In this document: piece by piece, positions 1-7,578 of the stretch | How positions within the stretch are numbered: position 1 is the stretch's first letter | Layout: each line of letters opens with the position of its first letter | Assembly: GCA_043750125.1 (NCBI GenBank) | Contig: JAYVCD010000257.1 | Span: forward strand, 1 to 15,404 | Reading direction: 5' to 3' | DNA: 15,404 nt | Origin: Archangiaceae bacterium | GTDB taxonomy: Bacteria > Myxococcota > Myxococcia > Myxococcales > Myxococcaceae | Made by a program: the position numbers and the translations under genes | Notes under the pieces: generated by a model | Databases searched by the model: none | Seen by the model: the letters and a program-made list of their open reading frames with translations, nothing else | What the model was told of the DNA's origin: nothing

Positions 1-79
1 CACGGCGCTGCTGAACAAATAGCCGGTCATGAGAAGACGGCGTGCGCGAGATCTGCCTGGTTTCTACTCAAATCTCCGC

Positions 80-422
80 GTGAAACAGACCGTCATTCGC
101 ACTTTCGCATTCGTCATCGTCCTGTTCGGGGTTCATGCCATGGCCATCGAGACACCCAATCATCAGGTCCTGAAGCGTTACGCCGACTTCGAGCTGCGCG
201 AATACCCCTCGTATGTCGTCGCAGAGACTGAGGTTGAAGGCGAACAGAGCGAGGTAGGGGCAGCTGGTGGCAGAAGAACTACGACGACCACCTCGCCGAG
301 TTGCGCGGAGCAATGCGGGGGAAGGGCTCGTCGCAAAGAGTGAGCCAATTTGGGCGCGATACGACCCACCGTTCAAGCCTTGGTTCCTACGCAGCAACGA
401 AATACTCATTGAGGTCGACTGA
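80..422 (+). pseudogene. SOUL heme-binding protein pseudogene (internal deletion plus frameshifts)
   Basis: Frame 2 from GTG80 gives a signal-like peptide, then AIETPNHQVLKRYADFELREYPSYVVAETEVEGEQSEVG (SOUL N-terminus). Frame 1 from 259 gives GSWWQKNYDDHLAELRGAM. Frame 3 from 324 gives GLVAKSEPIWARYDPPFKPWFLRSNEILIEVD, stop 420-422 (SOUL C-terminal Y-x-P-P...R-x-N-E motif). The central part of the domain is absent. Confidence 0.85.
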
Positions 423-459
423 CGGAACGCAGAGCGCGGTCAGGGCCGGGCTCTAGCGG

Positions 460-631
460 AAGTGGCCGGTGATGCACGGATCGAACTGCTTCCGGCGCGC
501 ACAGGTCGAACCGTGACGGGTGGCCGAACCAGCTGAACCTCAGAATCCTCCATCAGCACTCAACCGATTGGAATTCCATGGGCGGCGACTTCAACTACGC
601 CGAGGCGTTCAAGTCGCTCGCACTGAGCGCA
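460..631 (+). pseudogene. katG: Catalase-peroxidase N-terminal remnant
   Basis: Frame 1 gives KWPVMHG (cf. KCPVMHG). After a frameshift near 486, frame 2 gives [40 protein letters not shown], matching the conserved KatG start (NRDWWPNQLNLxILHQH...[16 protein letters not shown]). Similarity stops near 631 and the frame stops at 731. Confidence 0.88.
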
Positions 632-748
632 CGTGCGCGCGTTTCAAGGCGAGCAGCTGAGGCAGGTGAAGGCACGCGGATACCTGACGACGATTGCGGG
701 GGCGGCGGATCGATGCCCGAGCCCGGCGTCTAAGAGCGCACTTCGTAA

Positions 749-907
749 GGACAGCAGTGCGGCGTTCCGACCCCCGTCAACGCCGAGGCCCAGACGATGG
801 TTCATGCGTTCTCGCGCGGGGAGCTGAAGACCGGGTTGGAGCTCGTGCGCCGCCTCGCCGACTTCGCCGAGAACAGCGAGGCCCTCAGGGCGCGAGCACT
901 GCAGTGA
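749..907 (+). pseudogene. Possible C-terminal remnant of ketopantoate reductase (PanE/ApbA family)
   Basis: Frame 2 between stops at 746 and 905 reads GQQCGVPTPVNAEAQTMVHAFSRGELKTGLELVRRL, resembling the ApbA_C ending (GVPTPVN...V..IERGEL). No start codon is present before the motif. Confidence 0.5.
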
Positions 908-3191
908 TCGCCGTGTCGAGCGTGCGGTCGGTGCCGCTGGCGAGATCTGCGACCGTCGGGAGCACCTCGATGTCGGGGACGATGCCCTTGCCGTGGAAAA
1001 CTCCGCGGTCGAGCCGCAGCACCTCCATTCCGGTGAAGCTGAAGTACAGCGCTCCGGGCAGCCGCGCGTAGGTGATGTTGCCGTTGGTCGCCGCGCTCGG
1101 GCGGCCGACCACCTTCTTCGTCCGCTTCGCATCGACGAGCATCGCCGAGATGGTCTCCGCCGCCGAGACCGTGGTCGTGCCCACCAGCAACACCATCTTG
1201 CCAGCGAAGTTCGGGTTGCTGACCGGATCCAGAAACCAGCCCTGGCTCTCGTCGACGCTCGAGAGGGTCGGCCCCGTGAGCACCGGGATTCTGAAGATGG
1301 GCGACAACATCCGCGTCTGCGCCAGCCGAGACATGCAGTCGAACGCTCCCTCCACCGGGTAACCCCGCATGTCGACGATCAACCCTGCAGCGGTGCTCGC
1401 CTCGTTGAGCACTTTCACGCAGCCGTCGGTGACATCCGCCGGCACGTCGAGGCTCACGTAATAGACGGTGGGCGCGCCGCGTTGGGTGAGAAATCCGGCG
1501 CGCCGCTGGTTCAGGTCGAAGAGCGAGAAGTACTGCGCCGGGGTAACGGGGGTCACCGTCACGGTGCGCAGCGCCTGGTCGGGTGCGCGCAGGCCGATCG
1601 CGGTCGGGCCGCTGAGCTCCACCAGTCTTCGGGTGGCGAGGTCGAACCGGTAGCCCGGCGAGGCGCCGGCGGTGCGCGGCAGCTGCTCGGCCATCCAATC
1701 GGACATCGGCCTGCCGCCGATCGAGACCAGCGTGTCGCCTTTGTTGATCATCGGGGTCAGCGAGGTGGTGACCACCGGCTCAGCAGCGACGTCGGTGAGC
1801 AGCACCGGCAGGTATCCCGCCAGCGGGGTCTCACCGCTCACGTCGCCGATGAAGTTGTGTCCGTCGTGAACCGCTTCCCCCAGCCGGCTGAGCAGGTTGA
1901 GATGAAGGGTGCGGGTAAGCGTCACGCCGGGTGCGTCGAGCGCGGCAATCGTCTCGGCCAGCCGCGCGTCGATGGTGTCGCCGACGACGTGGAAGTACGG
2001 AAAGAACTTTCGAAGGATGCCGTGCGCGATCAGCTGCGCCGCGCGCGCCGACCCGAGCGTCAGGCCCTTCATCGCAGCTCCGGCCATTGGGTTGATCGCC
2101 TTCAGCTCGCTGCGCATCGCGATTTGGCGGGTCTGCCCAGGCGGCGCGGACATCGTCGACAGCGCCGCGAGCGCGCCGGGGATCCCCGCGGTGTCCACGT
2201 CCGCGCGAATCACGTCCGGCCAACGACCGAGCGCATCGAGGAGGTTCATCGCGCGGTAGCCGACGCCTACCTGACCAATCGCCTGCCACCGCGACTCGCC
2301 GGTCGCCGCGAGCACGCCGGTGCCCCACAGCCACGCCTGGTTGCGAAGCCGCAGCTCGCCGGCGAAGCGCGCGGTCTCGGGCGCCATCGCCTCTTCGGTG
2401 ATGACCGCAAGCGGCAGCCCGGCCGTCAGCCTTCCGGGAAGGGTGCCGCCCGGCAGGGTAACCATCTCGTTCTCGTAGGCGTTCATCGCGGTGTACTCGT
2501 CTGGGTAGCCGTAGAACTTGCGAACGACCTGACGCGACAGCGCGAGGCTCGACGGCAGTGACGCGGAGCCGGCTTCTCTCAACGCCAGCTCGAGGCCTGC
2601 GGCGCCCGGCAGCCCGCGCAGATCGATGGCGATCGCTCGTGCTCCGCTCGGAATCGTCACGCCGCCCGCGCCGGGCCGGACGATCGCCACGTCGCCCGAC
2701 AGCTGCACCGACGCTTGCGGCAGTGCGCGATCGTCGGCGCGAAGTGCGCAGACGTCGATCAGCGCCGCGGCGTAGATGACCACCCCTTGCTGTGACAGCA
2801 GGTCCTTCCCGTTGAGCGCCGTCGAGAGCACGGTGTCGACCGCCGGGTACTGCTCGAAGGGGCCGAAGTGCCGCACCGCCGCGTGCGCCTCGGAAAAGGC
2901 GACTGCCACGTGCGAGCTGTTCGAGGGCCCACCGCGCATTCGCGCGCAGCTCGGCTCGCTCTCGAGAGGGAGCAGCGGCCCGGCATCGGGGACTCCCGCG
3001 TCCATCGGCCCCGCATCGACGGGTCCCGCGTCGGGCAGCCCAGCGTCGACGAAGCCGGCGTCGAGCAGTTCGGCCTCGCACAGGGTCCCCGCCAGGTGGG
3101 TGCCGGCTCCGCAGGCGATGGGCGGAGGCGTGCCGGAGCAGGCGGTGAGCCACAACGAGACGAAGGCGACAGCCAGGTGGGGTCGAATCAC
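885..3191 (-). CDS. S41 family (tail-specific/tricorn-like) peptidase, lipoprotein
   Basis: GTG3191 with GGAG 8 nt upstream (alternative ATG3215). Lipoprotein signal MIRPHLAVAFVSLWLTA-C. Motifs LGEAVHDGH, PDZ-like KGDTLVSIGG, IVDMRGYP, catalytic TVSAAE, VGRPSAATNG and GKGIVPDIEV. Confidence 0.88.
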   Translation of the reverse strand: MIRPHLAVAFVSLWLTACSGTPPPIACGAGTHLAGTLCEAELLDAGFVDAGLPDAGPVDAGPMDAGVPDAGPLLPLESEPSCARMRGGPSNSSHVAVAFSEAHAAVRHFGPFEQYPAVDTVLSTALNGKDLLSQQGVVIYAAALIDVCALRADDRALPQASVQLSGDVAIVRPGAGGVTIPSGARAIAIDLRGLPGAAGLELALREAGSASLPSSLALSRQVVRKFYGYPDEYTAMNAYENEMVTLPGGTLPGRLTAGLPLAVITEEAMAPETARFAGELRLRNQAWLWGTGVLAATGESRWQAIGQVGVGYRAMNLLDALGRWPDVIRADVDTAGIPGALAALSTMSAPPGQTRQIAMRSELKAINPMAGAAMKGLTLGSARAAQLIAHGILRKFFPYFHVVGDTIDARLAETIAALDAPGVTLTRTLHLNLLSRLGEAVHDGHNFIGDVSGETPLAGYLPVLLTDVAAEPVVTTSLTPMINKGDTLVSIGGRPMSDWMAEQLPRTAGASPGYRFDLATRRLVELSGPTAIGLRAPDQALRTVTVTPVTPAQYFSLFDLNQRRAGFLTQRGAPTVYYVSLDVPADVTDGCVKVLNEASTAAGLIVDMRGYPVEGAFDCMSRLAQTRMLSPIFRIPVLTGPTLSSVDESQGWFLDPVSNPNFAGKMVLLVGTTTVSAAETISAMLVDAKRTKKVVGRPSAATNGNITYARLPGALYFSFTGMEVLRLDRGVFHGKGIVPDIEVLPTVADLASGTDRTLDTAITAVLAP
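2976..3062 (-). repeat. Six DAGxx pentapeptide repeats (flexible linker after the lipid anchor)
   Basis: DAGFV-DAGLP-DAGPV-DAGPM-DAGVP-DAGP, 15-bp imperfect tandem units. Such DAG linkers are typical of myxobacterial lipoproteins. Confidence 0.85.
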
Positions 3192-3229
3192 GGGGAATGC
3201 TCCAGGTTTCAACATCAGTCTCACGGTAG

Positions 3230-3276
3230 AGACGCGCGGGAGGAAGTGTGACCGCCCATGGGTCTTTTTTGTGACA
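3230..3276 (-). promoter_or_regulatory. Candidate ECF-type promoter(s) for the S41 peptidase gene
   Basis: The minus strand has TGTCACA (3276-3270)-N16-GGTC (3253-3250) and a second GTCACA (3252-3247) followed by CGTCT (3234-3230). Both lie in the 100-bp divergent intergenic gap. Confidence 0.4.
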
Positions 3277-3291
3277 CGGTGGGGCGACGGC

Positions 3292-3909
3292 ATGAATGGA
3301 CAAGGCCTTTCGCCCGAGTTGGTGACCAAGCGGGTGCTGGAGGATGTGGCGCGACGGGATTTTCCCACCGCGATGGACGTGCTGGTGCGCGCCTACGGGC
3401 CCGAGCTCGCCGGCTTCTGCGCGGTGCAGCTGAAGGATCCCCCCCAGGCCGAAGAGGCCTTCTCCGAAGCCCTGTTCGACATCTGGCGCGGGCTGCCCCA
3501 GTTTCGCTTCTCGGCCTCGGTTCGAACGTGGGCGTATGCGGTCACCAGGCATGCGTGCTTCCGGGTGCGTCAGGCGGAGCACCGCCGTCGGGAAACGACC
3601 GCCGAGCGCGACGACTTCTGGGCCCAGCTCGAGGCTCCCCTTCGCACGCTCACCCAGACCTGGCTGCGAACGACGGTGCGACAGGAGGTCGTTCGGCTGC
3701 GGGAGTCGCTCGACGAAGAGGATCAGGCGCTGCTGACGCTCCGCTTGGATCGCAGGCTCACCTGGGACGAGGTGGCCCAGGTTCTGGCGGGCCCGGTGGC
3801 GCTCGAGCCGGCTGAGCTGAAGAAGGCCACCGCCGCGGCCCGCAAGCGCTTCGAGCGGGTCAAGGCCTCGATCGCCGTGCTCGCCCAGGCGCAGGGGTTG
3901 TTGAAGTGA
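3292..3909 (+). CDS. ECF-type sigma-70 factor
   Basis: 205 aa from ATG3292. Region 2 reads LVRAYGPELAGF...QAEEAFSEALFDIWRGLPQFRFSASVRTWAYAVTRHA. Region 4 reads LRESLDEEDQALLTLRLDRRLTWDEVAQVL...ARKRFERVK. The stop overlaps the next start (GTGA). Confidence 0.9.
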   Translation: MNGQGLSPELVTKRVLEDVARRDFPTAMDVLVRAYGPELAGFCAVQLKDPPQAEEAFSEALFDIWRGLPQFRFSASVRTWAYAVTRHACFRVRQAEHRRRETTAERDDFWAQLEAPLRTLTQTWLRTTVRQEVVRLRESLDEEDQALLTLRLDRRLTWDEVAQVLAGPVALEPAELKKATAAARKRFERVKASIAVLAQAQGLLK

Positions 3910-6395
3910 CGCAAGACGAGCTCGCGGAAAATCCGGCGTTGATGGCGCTGCTGCATGAGCTTGCGCGCGCGCCGGGGACGCCTCCTGCGGACCTGACCGG
4001 AAAGCGGCTGGGCCCGTTTCAGTTGGAGGCGGCGATTGGCCGTGGCGGCAGCGCGGTGGTCTACGAGGCCCGCGACGAACGACTGCAACGGCAGGTGGCA
4101 ATCAAAGTCTACGCCTTCGAGGACGACGTCAAAGCGGCCGCGCGGGCGCTGGGCGAAGCGCGAATGCTGGCCTCTTTGCAGCACCCGAACATCGCGCAGG
4201 TCCTCGACGTAGGGCAGAGCGAGGGCTTCAGTTGGGTCGCAATGGAGCTGCTGCGAGGCGCTCCGCTGCGCGAGTGCCTCTCGGCTGGTTCCCTCGACGG
4301 CGTCGGGCGAAGGAAGGTGGTCGAAGGGTTGCTCGAAGGGCTCGCGGCGGCCCACCGCGCTGGCGTCGTTCACGGAGATGTGAAGCCTGAGAACCTGGTG
4401 CTCGACGCGCAAGGCGTGCCTCGACTGGTCGACTTCGGCAGCGCGCTGGCCGGGCTTCCGATCGGCCTGACTCCTCGCTACGCCGCCCCCGAAGTGCTCG
4501 AGGGTGGCCGGCCGGATTTCGCCGCCGACGTCTATTCGCTCGGTCGCACCCTCGACGAAGTGCTCCAGCGGCCCCGGGTGAAACCACGCTGGCTGTCGTC
4601 GTGCCTCGTCGCCCGAGACCAGCGCACCCCTGATGCCGACGGGGTGCTGCGGCGGTTCCACGAGGGCAGACGCCGCAAGCGGGTGCTCACCGCCGTCGGC
4701 CTCACGGTCCTCGCTGCCTGCGCGGTGGGGGGGCTTGCGGGCAGGAGACAAACTGCGCCGAAGCTCGAAGTCGAACGCCTCACAGCCAACCCCTCGGGTG
4801 TCGAGTTCGACGCGCTCGCGCTCTCGAAAGACGGCACCACGGCGGTCGTGGTGAGCAAGCGGCACCTCTGGCTGCTCTCGCTCGACTCGCGCCAGATGGC
4901 GAAGCTTGCCGAGACGACGCTGACGGAAGTCACGTGTCTGCGTTTCTGGGACGAGCAGACGCTGTTGCTGGGCGAGCTCGACGGATCCGAGGGCATGCTG
5001 CTGCGCCGCTTCGACCTGCCAACCCGAACGTGGTCGAAGGTGACCCAGCGCGCCATGTACTGTCCGGTGCCGCTCGACGCCCGCCGCTCGGTGGAGAGCT
5101 CTGCCGCCGGCTTGAGTCTGATGACCGAAGGAGCCGCGCCGCGCGTCCTTCGCCGCTTCGCGCCGACGGAGACCGTGGTGGGGTTGGAGGCATCTGTGAC
5201 GGCGCCGATCGTATTGGCTGCCGTGATGCAACGCGGTCCCGGCGGCCCAACCGTGCGGCTCGAGCTGATCCCGCTGTCGGGCGCTGCTGCGACCATCGCG
5301 GTCGAACACCGCGGGTTGGTTCAGGAAGGAGGCCTCGTCGCGGCGGCGTTCGATGACGCCGGCAACCTGCTCTACGCCACCGGGGCAAGTCTTCCCTCGC
5401 AGGGCTCGCGGGTGCATCGGCTGACGCTGGATCCGAACGGCGAGCCCGTGGGTTCTCCTGACGAGCTGGGCTCGGTGCCCGGGGTCGCGTTCTCGATGTC
5501 CAGTCGGGCAGGCGCGACGCTGGTCTTGATCGCCCAACCTCAGACCGACGTGATGACGGCTCCGGTGCTGGACGGGGGGGGCCTGGGGCTCGTGAGCCGG
5601 CTCACGCTCTCGGACTGGACCGAGCGGGCAAGCTCTGCGGAAGAGGGCGGCTCGTTTCTGGGTCACGCCGAAGACCGCGTAGGTTTTCGAGCGGCGCGCT
5701 TCACGCCCAACGGAATCGAGCCGCTCACGCCCGCGAGCCCTGAGTGGACGACGTGGCCCGTTCGGGCGGGAAAGGACATTCTGTATTGGCGGGTTGATCC
5801 CGCAGGAGACAAGCCTGCGCAGCTGATTCGCGCTTCGACGCCTGCCTCTGCGCTGTTCACCACCCCGATGCCGGTGAAGGCGTTTCACTTCAACACTCCC
5901 GCGCCGCACGAATGGACAGTGCAGTGCCCGGACGACCCGCGCCGATGTCAGCTCGTCTGGTGCGGCCCCGACGAGGTTCAGCGGTGGAACGTCGATGCGC
6001 TGAGCGGAGCAGTGACGCCGGAGGCACCGCTGAAGACCGCTCGTTTGCTGACCCTGTCTCGAAGTGGGGAGCAGTTTGCGAGCGTCGACCCGGCGGCCGG
6101 AGTGCTGCAACTGCGCCAACGCTCAGGACCAGAGCAGTCGACATTTGCGCTCGACGGCTGCGAGCTTCAGTTTCTCTCGGCCGGGCTCGAGGGGCAGTGG
6201 TGGGGAAGCGGCTTCTGTGACGGGAAAAACGTATTGCTGCGGTTCGACGCGCATGGAATCCACCGGGTGCTCGAGGCTTCCTCGGGGTGGGTGAGTCAGC
6301 CCGTGCTGTCAGTGGACGGCCGGCAATTGGCGTGGGCGCAGGGCTTGTTCGACACCGACGTCTACCAACTGAGGGTGCGCGAAGGCCGCGACTAA
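3906..6395 (+). CDS. Membrane Ser/Thr protein kinase with C-terminal TolB/WD40-like beta-propeller ectodomain
   Basis: Motifs GRGGSAVV, VAIK, HGDVKPEN, DFG, YAAPE and DVYSLG. Basic RRRKR followed by TM helix VLTAVGLTVLAACAVGGLAG. Propeller-like blades ALSKDGTTAV, LSRSGEQFA and PVLSVDGRQLAW. Confidence 0.9.
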   Translation: MTQDELAENPALMALLHELARAPGTPPADLTGKRLGPFQLEAAIGRGGSAVVYEARDERLQRQVAIKVYAFEDDVKAAARALGEARMLASLQHPNIAQVLDVGQSEGFSWVAMELLRGAPLRECLSAGSLDGVGRRKVVEGLLEGLAAAHRAGVVHGDVKPENLVLDAQGVPRLVDFGSALAGLPIGLTPRYAAPEVLEGGRPDFAADVYSLGRTLDEVLQRPRVKPRWLSSCLVARDQRTPDADGVLRRFHEGRRRKRVLTAVGLTVLAACAVGGLAGRRQTAPKLEVERLTANPSGVEFDALALSKDGTTAVVVSKRHLWLLSLDSRQMAKLAETTLTEVTCLRFWDEQTLLLGELDGSEGMLLRRFDLPTRTWSKVTQRAMYCPVPLDARRSVESSAAGLSLMTEGAAPRVLRRFAPTETVVGLEASVTAPIVLAAVMQRGPGGPTVRLELIPLSGAAATIAVEHRGLVQEGGLVAAAFDDAGNLLYATGASLPSQGSRVHRLTLDPNGEPVGSPDELGSVPGVAFSMSSRAGATLVLIAQPQTDVMTAPVLDGGGLGLVSRLTLSDWTERASSAEEGGSFLGHAEDRVGFRAARFTPNGIEPLTPASPEWTTWPVRAGKDILYWRVDPAGDKPAQLIRASTPASALFTTPMPVKAFHFNTPAPHEWTVQCPDDPRRCQLVWCGPDEVQRWNVDALSGAVTPEAPLKTARLLTLSRSGEQFASVDPAAGVLQLRQRSGPEQSTFALDGCELQFLSAGLEGQWWGSGFCDGKNVLLRFDAHGIHRVLEASSGWVSQPVLSVDGRQLAWAQGLFDTDVYQLRVREGRD

Positions 6396-6563
6396 AGCTG
6401 CCGAGACGATCGCGCTCATTCGTACGACTTTGCCTCGTGCGTTTTTTCGTTCTGCTCAGCGTCCCAGGTGTGGTTCTCACGGCGCGTGCTCAGAACGCTG
6501 ACTCCACACCACCAGCTTCTGCCTGCCCGTTGCCCCTTCGATCTTCCACACCTCTTCCAGGTC

Positions 6564-6689
6564 CTGAAAGAACGTCTCCAGCTCGCACTAGACTTGTTCT
6601 TCACTGGCGAGTCGATGATGCGCCAGAATCTGCGCCGTAAATTTGAGAGTGCCCCGGGCCGCCTGGTGCCATGGCCACCGCAGCCTTAG
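6564..6689 (+). pseudogene. MenA1 (Rv0078B)-like antitoxin remnant
   Basis: LKERLQLALDLFFTGESMMRQNLRRKF-ESAPGRLVPWPPQP resembles the MenA1-type helix (KLRLALDMYEVGEQMQRMRL, recalled from memory). There is no suitable start, and the middle helix appears deleted. It overlaps the start of the toxin-like remnant. Confidence 0.65.
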
Positions 6690-6814
6690 GCAGAATCGGC
6701 GAAGCCCTGCGGGACGTAGGCCGCATCCTCGATTCATTGGGGAGAAGGTGGGCGGTCGTCGGAGGCCTTGCGCGTTCGACCCGCCCTCGATTCGCCGAGG
6801 GCGGGTCGTCTTGA
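6671..6814 (+). pseudogene. MenT1 (Rv0078A)/AbiEii-like nucleotidyltransferase toxin, N-terminal remnant
   Basis: MATAALGRIGEALRDVGRILDSLGRRWAVVGGLARSTRPRF vs MenT1-type LRRVAKDLTGLRQRWALVGGFAVSARSEPRFTRDVD (recalled). It is truncated at 47 aa, just before the catalytic DxD. Confidence 0.72.
6777..6808. terminator. Perfect 13-bp stem hairpin, probable terminator
   Basis: CGACCCGCCCTCG-attcgc-CGAGGGCGGGTCG, 20 bp beyond the stop of the minus-strand 230-aa ORF. Followed by TCTTGATT on the plus strand. Confidence 0.65.
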
Positions 6815-6825
6815 TTCCTACGAAA

Positions 6826-6837
6826 CCCTCAAGCCGC
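6826..6837. repeat. 12-bp direct repeat copy 1 (CCCTCAAGCCGC), contains the stop codon of the 230-aa ORF
   Basis: Exact match to 7531-7542. Confidence 0.8.
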
Positions 6838-7521
6838 TTTGAGCTTGCGGCCGATGGTCGCCACCGCCTGCTCACCCGTCAGATCCACGCGCGACAGCAC
6901 CGCCGCCAGCAACTTGAGATTCTCAGCCTTCACGCCACGGAAGGTGATGCCCGACCTCGATACGACGACCCCCACGCTCCCGAGTTTGGCGTCGTGCAGC
7001 GCGCGGGTAAGCACCGCGATCGTGCTGTTCGGCTTGGGAGGAATCAGCCGCTTGGGGTGAAGGCTCTGCACCGCAAGTCTGATCTCCACCGCGGACGCTT
7101 CCTCGAGTCCGACCTTGGTGGGCTTTCCCTTGCGCTCCACCGCGACCTTCAGCTTGTCGAAGGACGTCTGATCGTCATCCGCGAGCAGGCCGAGGGCCGC
7201 GTCGAGCTTCGTCACGCCAAAACGCTCGACCTCCGCACGCGAGGCGCGGCGAGCGACCTCGAGGTTCCGAATCGCCGTTCGTCTCTCGACGCCGAGATAC
7301 TTTTCGAAGAAGGCTTTCGCGTTCGAGAAACCCGCCGCGAGATAAAGCGGAGGGGAGTGGTCGACGACTTCCGCGACGGACTTCCAGAGCGCGACGAAGC
7401 TGGCCGCTCCCTCTTTTTGCGCCTCTGCGATCTTCTTCCGCTGGGACTCCCACTGCAGCTTCATCTCTGCATCCAGCTCCAAACGAACGGTCGACGACGA
7501 GCTTCCGGTTGCCTCGGACAT
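6829..7521 (-). CDS. Hypothetical protein, putative HTH DNA-binding (DUF3102-like)
   Basis: ATG7521 with SD GAGGGGG 7 nt upstream. Natural amino-acid composition. The segment LYLAAGFSNAKAFFEKYLGVERRTAIRNLEVAR...ERFGVTKL has an HTH-like pattern reminiscent of DUF3102-type proteins. Confidence 0.75.
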   Translation of the reverse strand: MSEATGSSSSTVRLELDAEMKLQWESQRKKIAEAQKEGAASFVALWKSVAEVVDHSPPLYLAAGFSNAKAFFEKYLGVERRTAIRNLEVARRASRAEVERFGVTKLDAALGLLADDDQTSFDKLKVAVERKGKPTKVGLEEASAVEIRLAVQSLHPKRLIPPKPNSTIAVLTRALHDAKLGSVGVVVSRSGITFRGVKAENLKLLAAVLSRVDLTGEQAVATIGRKLKAA

Positions 7522-7530
7522 CAGTACGCC

Positions 7531-7542
7531 CCCTCAAGCCGC
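7531..7542. repeat. 12-bp direct repeat copy 2 (CCCTCAAGCCGC), contains the SD of the 230-aa ORF
   Basis: Exact match to 6826-6837. A 10/12 third copy (CCCTCAGGCCGG) lies at 7575-7586. Confidence 0.8.
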
Positions 7543-7560
7543 CCGCGGAATGCGAGCGGC
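7538..7560 (-). other. Small leader hairpin immediately 5' of the SD
   Basis: Minus strand GCCGCUCGC-auucc-GCGGGCGGC is a 9-bp stem with one G-U pair, which pairs only on the minus-strand RNA. Confidence 0.5.
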
Positions 7561-7578
7561 CCCGCACAGACGCACCCT

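Noticed and set aside
633-730. Peptide [20 protein letters not shown] resembling either DNA polymerase A (GYVxTxxGRR) or a PanE N-terminal segment
   Set aside because: Too short and ambiguous to assign without a profile search.
2776-3368. Extended N-termini of the ECF (from 2776) and the S41 peptidase (from 3368)
   Set aside because: They would make the two genes overlap head-to-head. The lipobox with SD and the sigma domain boundaries support starts at 3191 and 3292.
993-6119. Long alternative ORFs 993-2561(+), 1831-4101(-) and 3723-6119(-)
   Set aside because: Arg/Pro/Gly-rich shadows overlapping genes with clear family motifs.
6396-6604. Short minus-strand ORFs, including ELETFFQDLEEVWKIEGATGRQKLVVW
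   Set aside because: No start/SD or recognisable family, and partly overlapping the better supported MenA1-like remnant.
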